64,000 nucleotides of DNA from Candidatus Thorarchaeota archaeon. Lineage in GTDB: Archaea > Asgardarchaeota > Thorarchaeia > Thorarchaeales > Thorarchaeaceae. The translations under genes and the position numbers were made by a program. Positions 28,762-37,911 of this stretch are shown here, piece by piece; within the stretch, counting starts at the first letter, position 1, and the number at the start of each line of letters is the position of its first letter. Location of the stretch: positions 1,856,905 to 1,920,904 of the forward strand of contig CP070761.1 of NCBI GenBank assembly GCA_020348985.1, given 5' to 3'. Below the pieces are notes generated by a model that searched no databases, had not been told where the DNA came from, and worked only from the letters and a program-made list of their open reading frames with translations.

Positions 28762-29829
28762 ATGAAACTCAAAGTGGAACTAGTCCCCCCTGAAAGCCGG
28801 AAAGAAAGGCCCGAGGACCCATTGAGTCTCGAGTTCGGCTCTGTGTTCACTGATCACATGTTCGCAATGTTCTATGCTGACAACGAATGGAAGAATCCCC
28901 GAATCGGACCTTATTCGAATCTATCACTGGATCCTGCGGCATTATGTCTTCACTATGGCCAAGGAATCTTTGAGGGTCTGAAGAGCTATAGGCGCGGTGA
29001 AAGAGTATTCCTATTCAGGCCTAGAAAGAACTTGGAGCGTCTCAATGCGTCAGCTATTCGCATGGTTATGCCACAAATCGACATTGATTTTGCCTTGGAA
29101 GCCCTCATAGAGCTCCTCAGAGTGGAGCGTGATTGGATACCTGAGTTGAAGGGAAGTTCACTGTACGTTCGGCCGACAATGATTGCGACAGAGCCCAAGT
29201 TAGGTGTACGCGCATCACACACTTACCTCTATTATGTCATCCTTAGTCCGGTCGGCCCGTACTTCAAAGAAGGATTCAGTCCCGTCAAGATTATGGTCTC
29301 AGAAAAGTATGTGCGTGCGGCAGACGGTGGAGTCGGCCAAGCCAAAACCATTGGGAACTACGCGGCGAGCCTTCTGGGTGGGAAGGAAGCTATGGAGAGA
29401 GGGTACTCGCAGGTCATGTGGCTAGACTCACATGAGAGGAAATACATTGAAGAAGCAGGGACTATGAACATCTTCGTTCTGTTTGACGACGAACTCGCAA
29501 CTCCTCCTCTCTCCGGAACCATTCTTCCAGGTATAACTCGTGAGTCAGCCATGCAGATTGCCCAAGATTGGGGTTATAGTCTGAATGAACGACCCATTGC
29601 AATTGACGAGGTGATTGACGGGATCAAATCCGGAAAGGTCAAGGAGATCTTTGGGACTGGGACCGCCGCCATCATCGCGCCTATCGGTGAACTATACTTC
29701 AGAGAGAAGCCGCATATAGTGGGAGACGGCACGATAGGTGCTCTCTCTCAAAGGATGTTCGACGAATTGACGGGCATTCAGTCAGGTGAAAGAGAGGACA
29801 CACGCGGGTGGGTCTTTGAAATCGAATGA
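28762..29829 (+). CDS. ilvE: Branched-chain amino acid aminotransferase
   Basis: FTDHM, LHYGQGIFEGLK, LYVRP, AKTIGNY, EEAGTMN and LPGITR. Confidence 0.95.
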   Translation: MKLKVELVPPESRKERPEDPLSLEFGSVFTDHMFAMFYADNEWKNPRIGPYSNLSLDPAALCLHYGQGIFEGLKSYRRGERVFLFRPRKNLERLNASAIRMVMPQIDIDFALEALIELLRVERDWIPELKGSSLYVRPTMIATEPKLGVRASHTYLYYVILSPVGPYFKEGFSPVKIMVSEKYVRAADGGVGQAKTIGNYAASLLGGKEAMERGYSQVMWLDSHERKYIEEAGTMNIFVLFDDELATPPLSGTILPGITRESAMQIAQDWGYSLNERPIAIDEVIDGIKSGKVKEIFGTGTAAIIAPIGELYFREKPHIVGDGTIGALSQRMFDELTGIQSGEREDTRGWVFEIE

Positions 29830-29906
29830 GCCCATAGGATCTTCAAGCGGAATCATAACCTTTTTTCGTTGCGCGGCATGAATTGGCATACTCAAAGGTG
29901 GACACA

Positions 29907-30413
29907 ATGTCGTCACAATTGCTTGTTGATTACACCAAGTGTACTGGGTGCCGAGTCTGTGAGCTAGCTTGTTCTGCTAAACATGAAGCGCGATTCCAGC
30001 CCAGCCTAGCTCGACTCAAGATTGTGAAGTACGACGATTTAGGACTAGACGTCCCGAATGTCTGCGGCCCCTGTGAAGAAGCACCCTGTGTGGAGGTCTG
30101 TCCTGTTTACGCAATGCGTCGCGATGCTGTAAGCAAGATGGTCTATCTTGACCATGACAAGTGCATCCTTTGCAAGTCTTGTGCCGGCGCCTGTGTTAAT
30201 GGTGTAATTCTTCTTGACACGTACTCAATGCGAATCATAAAGTGTGACCACTGCGGTGGTGAACCAGAATGCGCTCGGATGTGTCCCACCGGAGCAATCA
30301 CATACGGACCCACATCTACGTCGAAGACCGTTGATAGACATAGCAAGATCCTAGGCTACCTCAGAGAGATTGAACGGTCCGCAGAAGCTCAAGAATCTGG
30401 CGGAGTTGAATAG
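29907..30413 (+). CDS. 4Fe-4S dicluster protein (AOR electron-transfer subunit)
   Basis: Four Cys clusters: CTGCRVC...C, CGPC...CVEVCP, CILCKSC...C and CDHC...CARMCP. Confidence 0.92.
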   Translation: MSSQLLVDYTKCTGCRVCELACSAKHEARFQPSLARLKIVKYDDLGLDVPNVCGPCEEAPCVEVCPVYAMRRDAVSKMVYLDHDKCILCKSCAGACVNGVILLDTYSMRIIKCDHCGGEPECARMCPTGAITYGPTSTSKTVDRHSKILGYLREIERSAEAQESGGVE

Positions 30414-30416
30414 AGC

Positions 30417-32306
30417 GTGACCGGTGGCTACACTGGCAAGATCCTTCGTGCGAACCTGACGGATGAAACATTCAAGATAGATCCACTTCCAAAGGACTGG
30501 ATTCGAGAATACATAGGCGGTGACGGTTTTGCAGCGAAGCTGCTCTACGAGGAAGTTGCCGCGAGGATTGACCCGTTGAGTGAAAGGAACAAGCTAATAA
30601 TCGCGACAGGACCGATAACGGGCACGTTATGGCCTATGAGCGGAAGAACGGTTTTCGTTTCCAAGGCGGCTCAGACCGGAATCTGGGGTGAAAGCCATGT
30701 TGGAGGATTCCTAGGTCCTGAACTCAAGTATGCAGGATACGACATGCTTGTAGTTGAAGGCAAGGCGGAAGACCCCGTCTATCTTCTCATACAAGACGGC
30801 CATCTGCAGATTCATAGTGCCAAGGATTTCTGGGGCATGACGACCGACAAGGTGACCACTGCCATTCAGAAAAAGCACAATGACCCAGATATCCAGATTG
30901 CCGCTATTGGGCCAGCAGGAGAGAATCTCATCCGATTCTCTGCAGTGATCATAAACCATGCCCGTGCTGCCGGAAGAACTGGCATGGGTGCAGTTCTTGG
31001 ATCAAAGAACATGAAGGCAATCGCCATCCGAGGCACTGGTTCTGTTGAGGTTGCAGACCATGAAGGCTTTCTTGAACTGGCCAAAGAAGCTCATGATCGC
31101 CTGAGGAACAATCCACAGGCCAAGGAAATGGGCAAGTGGGGCACATGGATTCTAACTGCAGTGAAACAACAGATTGGGGAGCTACCTACCTATAATCACA
31201 GGACGGGGGTATTCCCAGGATGGGAGAAGCTGAGCGCTGACTACATTCGGCCTCGGTACACAGTTTCTGACCGTGCCTGTTTCGGCTGTAGTCTCGGATG
31301 CAAGAAGCTGAACTACGTGAGCCACGGACCTTATGCGGGCACATTGGAAGAAGGGCCCGAGTACGAGGGTTTAATGGCTTTCGGCAGTGCACTAGGTATC
31401 GCGGACTATCCTACGACATTGAAAGCGAATCAAATCTGCAACAAATACGGCATGGACATAATTTCTGCAGGGTCCACAATTGGCTTCGCCATTGAGTCGT
31501 TCGAAGGCGGCGCAATTGATGAGGAGACTACTGGTGGATTGAAACTCGAGTGGGGCAACAGTGACTTGGCAATCAAACTCCTAGAGTTGATCGGAAAGAG
31601 AGAAGGATTCGGTGACATCCTTGCCGAGGGCACACGTAGGGCTGCCGAAATACTAGGTCCAGAAACCGAGCCGTTCGCCTTGCATGTGAAGGGACTGGAA
31701 TTCTCAGGTCAAGATGGACGAACACACAGAAGCATTGGTCTAGGTCATGCCACCGGTGCGAGAGGCGCAGATCACTTGCGCAGCCTTGTAACTGTAGATC
31801 AGCTTGGCTATCAAGATGTGGCGGCTGAACGATGGGGTGCGGACAAACTTCCAGAGATTGTTGATCCCTATACGGAGACCCATAAGGCTGTGGCGGTCTT
31901 CGAAACTGAGAACACCTACGCGATACGCGACACTATGATTGTATGTTGGTATTCCGTTTCTTGGCCTCCTGTTTTCTGGATGAGGGACTTCGCCAATATC
32001 TTGCCTCTCGCAACTGGTGAGAAGTCTCTGGGTGACGTGGAGAACCTAACTAAGATTGCTGAGCGTCAAGTTACCCTGAAGAGACTATTCAACACAAGAG
32101 AAGGCATCTCCCGTGCGGATGACAGACTACCCCCCCGGTTCACTGACGAGCCAATGCCAGAGGGACCTGGTAAAGGGCAAACTGTGAATCTCGAGCCAAT
32201 GCTTGATGACTACTACAACCTGAGAGGCTGGGACTTGGAAACTGGTCTGCCGACTTCCAAGACCATTAGCAGGCTTTCTCTAGATTGGGCCGTCACAAAC
32301 AAGTGA
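30417..32306 (+). CDS. aor: Tungsten-dependent aldehyde:ferredoxin oxidoreductase family protein
   Basis: ESHVGG...ELKYAGYD, IGPAGEN, AAGRTGMGAVLGSKNMKAI, CFGCSLGC, PEYE and RGADH. Confidence 0.93.
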   Translation: MTGGYTGKILRANLTDETFKIDPLPKDWIREYIGGDGFAAKLLYEEVAARIDPLSERNKLIIATGPITGTLWPMSGRTVFVSKAAQTGIWGESHVGGFLGPELKYAGYDMLVVEGKAEDPVYLLIQDGHLQIHSAKDFWGMTTDKVTTAIQKKHNDPDIQIAAIGPAGENLIRFSAVIINHARAAGRTGMGAVLGSKNMKAIAIRGTGSVEVADHEGFLELAKEAHDRLRNNPQAKEMGKWGTWILTAVKQQIGELPTYNHRTGVFPGWEKLSADYIRPRYTVSDRACFGCSLGCKKLNYVSHGPYAGTLEEGPEYEGLMAFGSALGIADYPTTLKANQICNKYGMDIISAGSTIGFAIESFEGGAIDEETTGGLKLEWGNSDLAIKLLELIGKREGFGDILAEGTRRAAEILGPETEPFALHVKGLEFSGQDGRTHRSIGLGHATGARGADHLRSLVTVDQLGYQDVAAERWGADKLPEIVDPYTETHKAVAVFETENTYAIRDTMIVCWYSVSWPPVFWMRDFANILPLATGEKSLGDVENLTKIAERQVTLKRLFNTREGISRADDRLPPRFTDEPMPEGPGKGQTVNLEPMLDDYYNLRGWDLETGLPTSKTISRLSLDWAVTNK

Positions 32307-32307
32307 T

Positions 32308-33261
32308 CTACATTCTTACATAGTCAACATTGTGAGTCTGACCGCAGTTTGGACATGAATACTGGTCAGGGCCGACCCACTCTATTCCTTCCCAAGATAT
32401 AGATGCTCCACAACGAGTGCATGATGACTTGATCTGAGGCTTGACAAAGACGGTTCCGGCTGCTGGAGCGGCCGTTGCATCTAGCGGAGTTTCGGCTTGC
32501 TCCTGTGCCCTGGCCATCGGTGCCACTCTTTCAGTGTCCACACGTTGTTGTAGTGGATGATGCGCAGCAACTGCAGAATATTCCATAGCCAACCAGTCTA
32601 TGTGTTCTTTCGGTATCGTATCCCACTCCCGGTTCTTCCAGACTCGCAAGAGATGATCCTGACGAGGAATGTGTCCCCTAATCTCGAATCTTCCTGTGGA
32701 GGCATCTATCTTGAGCCTGTCTTTCTTTGATTCGAAAGTGTGTATCATGTGCAATGGGAATATGTACAGCTTTCTCTTCTTGGAATCGAACTGATAGAGT
32801 CTATAGTCCGTAAGAATGAAATTATCTGGATAATAAGTGAAGACCTCTTCTCCTTTTATCCAAGCAAACCTCAGATAGAAATCTCGAGACAGCTTACGAT
32901 GATATCCTATTGTGCTCCATCTGTTGTAAGGATCTTCCGGATGAACGTATGGTATACCGGCTATCTCACAGATTTTCCTTTGTCCACCTACTCTCAATTC
33001 ATCATATTCACGAAGCCCGATTGCTGCACGGACCTCTTCGCGTCTCGGCATTTGCCCAACAATGTTCACAATGCCGTTGACGACCTTGAACATCCCTGAT
33101 CTTTGCATCAGCTTGTACTCTTTGACGGTGTGCCACGGAATGCTGACACTCTGTCTAGAACCATGATCGTGCTGTATCAGTCTGTAATTTGTGACAGTAT
33201 ACTCCGCACCCTGAGCTAGGATTCTCTCACCTTCAATAGGAATGTAAACGACCGAAGACAA
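32308..33261 (-). CDS. Tandem PH-like domain protein with a C-terminal zinc ribbon
   Basis: Internal repeat GERIL...YTVTNYRLIQ / GEEVF...FILTDYRLYQ, and CTRCG...CPNCG. Confidence 0.6.
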   Translation of the reverse strand: MSSVVYIPIEGERILAQGAEYTVTNYRLIQHDHGSRQSVSIPWHTVKEYKLMQRSGMFKVVNGIVNIVGQMPRREEVRAAIGLREYDELRVGGQRKICEIAGIPYVHPEDPYNRWSTIGYHRKLSRDFYLRFAWIKGEEVFTYYPDNFILTDYRLYQFDSKKRKLYIFPLHMIHTFESKKDRLKIDASTGRFEIRGHIPRQDHLLRVWKNREWDTIPKEHIDWLAMEYSAVAAHHPLQQRVDTERVAPMARAQEQAETPLDATAAPAAGTVFVKPQIKSSCTRCGASISWEGIEWVGPDQYSCPNCGQTHNVDYVRM

Positions 33262-33359
33262 ATCTACTACACCAGCCTATGTACTGTACTCCAATTCATG
33301 GGGACGGCATATGCGCATTAAAAGCTTGACCGTACGTTGGCTCCCTTTCCCAATTCACC

Positions 33360-33584
33360 TTAGACCTGCCCCTGTTGTCTTGGGACCGAAAGGTAGAGAA
33401 TATCTTCGTAACCGAGAATGCCATATCCGGATGGATTCTCGAGCTTCACGTGATCATCGAATACCTCGAACACTCGCACGTTCGGTACTTTTGCCAGAGT
33501 GTCCTTTTGCATGTAGCGGAGATACACGGTGAACACTTGTCCAGTGGATTTCATCTCTTGGAAAATTGACCTCCAGTCTGTCAT
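33360..33584 (-). CDS. Small protein, possible Sm/Hfq-like beta-barrel
   Basis: GGAGG RBS. An N-terminal helix followed by strands FTVYL, VRVFEVFDDHVKL and ILGYEDILYLSVP. Confidence 0.6.
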   Translation of the reverse strand: MTDWRSIFQEMKSTGQVFTVYLRYMQKDTLAKVPNVRVFEVFDDHVKLENPSGYGILGYEDILYLSVPRQQGQV

Positions 33585-33673
33585 GCCGATTTTCCTCCAA
33601 TTGTTGCTTCAGCTAGGCTGCAGCCATTTTAACGTTTGCTTCAGGGTGATTGACAGGAATCAGCTAGGCCAGG

Positions 33674-34120
33674 TCAGACAATCCAATTCTTGGGCTGGAG
33701 TCCTATGCTTCGAAAGGCATTCAACAGGACTTCTTCAATTTGAAGAGAACCTTCATACAAGAATAGATGCGACCCACAACTGCTATGGCAATCTGACGAT
33801 CCAAACCCCTTTGGTCCGAGTGCAAAGTGACCGGAATTAAAAATTGCCGATGCCAGTACACATTCCTGTCTGTTTTGTGTCTCGGAGTACAAAGCACGAA
33901 CTACGGATGCTTTCTCCAGCAGGTAGTCAATGTGCCAATGAATTGCCTTTTCGGCAGTCAAATGTCGTCTAATTCGATTCTCCAGACTAGTGGATCCATT
34001 TCCCATTGCAGAACCAACATAGACCCAGGTGCCGTCTTGAATCGCCATAGATCCCAGTGAGCCCGCCTTGATCGATGTTATCTTGTCCAGTGAGATTATG
34101 AGAGCATAAACACCCTTCAT
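33674..34120 (-). CDS. GIY-YIG-like nuclease (DUF123)
   Basis: KGVYAL, YVGSA, RIRRH, HWHIDYL, EC and GFGSSDC...SHL. Confidence 0.88.
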   Translation of the reverse strand: MKGVYALIISLDKITSIKAGSLGSMAIQDGTWVYVGSAMGNGSTSLENRIRRHLTAEKAIHWHIDYLLEKASVVRALYSETQNRQECVLASAIFNSGHFALGPKGFGSSDCHSSCGSHLFLYEGSLQIEEVLLNAFRSIGLQPKNWIV

Positions 34121-34243
34121 CGTATCAGTTCCTGAGGTTTGCAGGAGTGTGACTCCAAGCCATGAAGACCTTCTTCCCTTGGCACAGTACTGATTCATTC
34201 GATACCGTCATAAGGTCTCCGTGGTATCCATTGCCTATCTACC

Positions 34244-35191
34244 ATGACGTTGACAGAAATCACGAAGAACGTATACTCTGTGAATGGGGGGTTCATAGAC
34301 GACTTTGGTTTCATAACCTCCCACATTGTGGTAGATGATGAGGAAGCACTAGTAATTGATCCTGGTACTGCTGGTGCTCCAGGAAAACTCATTTCGCAGG
34401 CATTGAGTAGTTTGGGTATTGACGAAATGGGCGGCCTCATTGGCATCCTATGTACTCATGGACATCCAGATCACATCGGAGGAGTGTCACGCTTCGCTTC
34501 GAAGACAAAGGCCCCAGTCTTCATCCACCGTGAAGACGCCGAGCTGTTAAGTGCGCCCCAAGTATTTGTAGAAAAACGCCTGAAGCTTGATCGGGCTGGT
34601 AGAATCTCAATGAAGTTTGAGAAGGGCCCGCTTAAGGTCAACTACAATGCTATCGAAGTGGACCGGATGATAGGCGACGGAGATCAGATAAGAGTAGGCA
34701 GCCTGAAGCTTGAGGTTATTCATACCGCTGGTCATTCAGCGGGTCACTGCGCCTTCTTTGAACCAAAAGGCAAAGTCCTATTCTCAGGTGATGAATTGAA
34801 CAATTTCCCGAATGACCCGCGCAAGTTCTATGTAGACCTGAGTGGCAGCATTCCTGCCAAGTTTGCCGCTATTGACCGACTAGAGGGGCTCGACGCTGAG
34901 TACCTTCTTCCAGCCCATGACACAATGCATCTCTTTGAGAATGTCAGAATACAGATTGCTGAAGTCAGAGATGGAGTAAAGCAATTTCAAGACCAGGTCA
35001 TAGATCTGATTTCTGCCCGAGGCGAAGTCGACCTGGCACAGCTAATTCACGATCTATCTCGAGTCACCAGCATCTCTCTACCAACCACTATGGACGCTTT
35101 GCTGCCGACCACGCTTCAAGTGGCATTGGAATCGCTTCAGTCTGCGGGTCTGGTCAGATATAGTGATGCAGGAATATGGAGCATCGCCTAG
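34244..35191 (+). CDS. MBL-fold metallo-hydrolase with a C-terminal winged helix
   Basis: THGHPDHIGG, HTAGHSAGH, LFSGD and LPAH. Confidence 0.9.
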   Translation: MTLTEITKNVYSVNGGFIDDFGFITSHIVVDDEEALVIDPGTAGAPGKLISQALSSLGIDEMGGLIGILCTHGHPDHIGGVSRFASKTKAPVFIHREDAELLSAPQVFVEKRLKLDRAGRISMKFEKGPLKVNYNAIEVDRMIGDGDQIRVGSLKLEVIHTAGHSAGHCAFFEPKGKVLFSGDELNNFPNDPRKFYVDLSGSIPAKFAAIDRLEGLDAEYLLPAHDTMHLFENVRIQIAEVRDGVKQFQDQVIDLISARGEVDLAQLIHDLSRVTSISLPTTMDALLPTTLQVALESLQSAGLVRYSDAGIWSIA

Positions 35192-35307
35192 TATCCGCAA
35201 TCTATACCCGAGCTAAATTCAAAAGATAGGCATCTGAGTCACATCATCTATTGGCATCTGGGTCCTAAGGACTAGGAGTCATTCATGTGATACAGGTCTG
35301 ATTTATC

Positions 35308-37911
35308 ATGAGTGGGACCAAAGAGGGAAGAGCGCAGACCCCAAGCACAGTTGAAGCAATAAGAATGGCCTCAGCGTCCATACTTGCTACCTCAACCGGA
35401 AGAGGCTTTCCATTGGGGAGTGCTATTGGCTCTGGAAGAGTCATGGAAGAGAACTCCGAGCTTGTAGCAATGAACGTTGCCTCATTGATTTTCGCCATTC
35501 GAGATCCCTTAATGAACAATGAAGGGTTGGATCTTCTAGCCCTTGAATGGAACTTGGATCATCCTCCTGGATCAAGAGTATTGCCGGAACAGCTCATTGT
35601 TGCCGGAGGTTTCGCGCAGGGAGTAGGGTCTCATGTCTGCGTTCTCAGCTGGGAGCGGGGGGTCATTGATCCCTTCAAGATCGACGACCACATGAAGACT
35701 CTCTCAAAAAAGATCTCAGACATCGAAGCGGCAGTGATTCACAACAATCTTCCCTATGAAAAGGAAGGTCTAATGGTCCTAAGACGATTCAACGACCGAC
35801 TGAACAGTGTTATCTTTGTTGAGATGATGGACAGAAGATTCCAAGGTTCATGGGATTCCCTTCAAATCAAACCCGACCATGTTGACAACCAGCTGCAAAT
35901 CAAGATGAACATCAAAGAGGACTTCACGTCAAGACCTCCAGGGACAAAGGTTGTTTCGCGAAAGGAGATAGATTTCCTCAAGCCAGCAGCAGACGAATCA
36001 GCTTTGATCGAACACTTCAAACATAGGTTACTGACTCCTGCTGCTGTAGAGGCGTTGACCGTTACTATTCCAGAAACTGGACGGGCAATACTGAGTGAGA
36101 TAAACACTCATGCATATTCCTCTGAGGAGATTGCCTCAGCTGGCATCGCTGTCAAGTACTTGCGTGAATACGCGGGAACTGATTCCGTCGCGCTCACCGA
36201 GATTGATGAAATCGTCACCAAGAGTGAAGAGTATTCCAAACTCTTGGAGGACGCAGTTGCCGTCTTCGAGGAGATTGTTGAACACCATATCTCATCTGGA
36301 AAAACTCTGACCATGGCGAATCACAAGAACGAACTATTCAACCTAATCTCATCAAGGAGTTCAGATCTGACCAGCATCAAGGAGAAGATTGTCACATCAT
36401 TAGTTGAAGAGATGACTCTCTCGGTATCAAGAGAGCTGCCCGGAGGCGGCGAAGTCCGGGCGTGGCAACTCAAAAGTATGATGCGCTACTTTGTCGCTTA
36501 CGCTAAACGTGTGGTCCAGTACTTCTCCCCGGAGCTTGGAGAGTACCTGGTTGTGGCTGGAGCAAGGAAGGTTCTTGTGGCTGCATTCAACGAATTCAAG
36601 CAAGAGCTGACCGGCGAGAGCGTAGATGCCATAGACCGGCTCCTAACAAATAAGTTCGGCGCCGAACTAATAGCACAACTCAACGCGATCTTCGACAGAA
36701 AGGCTTTCGAAGGGTCGAAGGAAACCCGCGTGGACAAACTGACGTCAGAAGCGGCGACGGAAATGGTCAATGCTTTCAAAGAGATAGATGTCTGGAGCCT
36801 TGTCAAGTTTGCAGACTTGGCCGAGACTGCACGAAGTGACATCGCACAGGAGCCAAGTGAACCAACTCCAGTTAGTGATGCGATTTCAGAAGATTCTCAA
36901 AGTGGCATCGCGGACCTCCTGTTAAGTTATGAATTACTAGCAACAGAAACCATTCCTGATGTTGCTCAAACAGTTCTTTCAAAGTCGATTCTTGAACGCA
37001 CAATCGAGAATGCGACTAGTGGCAGTAGTCTTTCTGACGGGCTTCTGGCGGCGGTCAACGAGATTCCGGACAAGGCGCCAGAGTGGACATCCCTAGCTCA
37101 TGAATGGATTGCAGAGTTCTGGAACCAATTGGATCTGAATCTGCCCCTCTCATCCCAGCTCACAGCATTCGCAAAGCATGTTCATGAAAAGGCGACTAAG
37201 GCTTCAGGTCCCCGAATTGTAGTAGATCGAGTGGTGGAAGAAGCCAGACATCTTGAGGAGAAGTTTGAAGAGAAGGTCAATGAATGGCGAGAAGAATGCA
37301 ATAGGATAGAGCAAGAGAATGCAGAGATTGAAGCACATAACAAAAGGCGACATTCTGCTATTGAAGAAACAACTGCACAATTCGAGACTGAACAGGAAGT
37401 GTACTCTCGTGAACTTCGAGCATATGAAGAAAGCAAAGAGGATCCCGAGTCGACATTAGTTCAGCCCAGCCCCCCGGAACCAATTGAACCCCGGCTTGAG
37501 AGGGTAAAACACGATTATCCCTTGAAGGAGCTTCTGAGTCCTCCATCAAAGCCAGAGCCTTCGGATGAACTCCTTCGCTATCGGGATTTCAAGAATCTCC
37601 TTGTTGAGAAGCTCCAAGCTATGAGCGAAAGACAGGAGGCGCTTGAAAGCGCGTTTTCAGAGCGTCTTACACGACTTGCATCTGAAGGTGCAGACACATC
37701 TGGAGATGTTCGTATCGACATTACTGATTCATTCTTGGATCACATAATGGACTCAGTTATACGTGGGATGGGCAGATTGCTCCCTCGCTCTACGCGCGCT
37801 TATCTAAGAAATCCGGAAGATCCGGGGTTGGTCTATCTTGTGACCTATGAACAACAAGGTGACGAGTTGATTGTAACCGTCGGTGACACTTTTCTAAGAG
37901 GTGATGCCTAA
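35308..37911 (+). CDS. Large hypothetical protein (possible N-terminal longin-like domain, helical body, coiled coil)
   Basis: 867-aa ORF with a coiled-coil/Pro-rich insert. Its stop overlaps the next start (TAATG). Confidence 0.75.
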   Translation: MSGTKEGRAQTPSTVEAIRMASASILATSTGRGFPLGSAIGSGRVMEENSELVAMNVASLIFAIRDPLMNNEGLDLLALEWNLDHPPGSRVLPEQLIVAGGFAQGVGSHVCVLSWERGVIDPFKIDDHMKTLSKKISDIEAAVIHNNLPYEKEGLMVLRRFNDRLNSVIFVEMMDRRFQGSWDSLQIKPDHVDNQLQIKMNIKEDFTSRPPGTKVVSRKEIDFLKPAADESALIEHFKHRLLTPAAVEALTVTIPETGRAILSEINTHAYSSEEIASAGIAVKYLREYAGTDSVALTEIDEIVTKSEEYSKLLEDAVAVFEEIVEHHISSGKTLTMANHKNELFNLISSRSSDLTSIKEKIVTSLVEEMTLSVSRELPGGGEVRAWQLKSMMRYFVAYAKRVVQYFSPELGEYLVVAGARKVLVAAFNEFKQELTGESVDAIDRLLTNKFGAELIAQLNAIFDRKAFEGSKETRVDKLTSEAATEMVNAFKEIDVWSLVKFADLAETARSDIAQEPSEPTPVSDAISEDSQSGIADLLLSYELLATETIPDVAQTVLSKSILERTIENATSGSSLSDGLLAAVNEIPDKAPEWTSLAHEWIAEFWNQLDLNLPLSSQLTAFAKHVHEKATKASGPRIVVDRVVEEARHLEEKFEEKVNEWREECNRIEQENAEIEAHNKRRHSAIEETTAQFETEQEVYSRELRAYEESKEDPESTLVQPSPPEPIEPRLERVKHDYPLKELLSPPSKPEPSDELLRYRDFKNLLVEKLQAMSERQEALESAFSERLTRLASEGADTSGDVRIDITDSFLDHIMDSVIRGMGRLLPRSTRAYLRNPEDPGLVYLVTYEQQGDELIVTVGDTFLRGDA

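Noticed and set aside
33674-34120. GIY-YIG protein as a homing endonuclease or mobile element
   Set aside because: It is a DUF123-type stand-alone archaeal protein with no intron, intein or flanking repeats.
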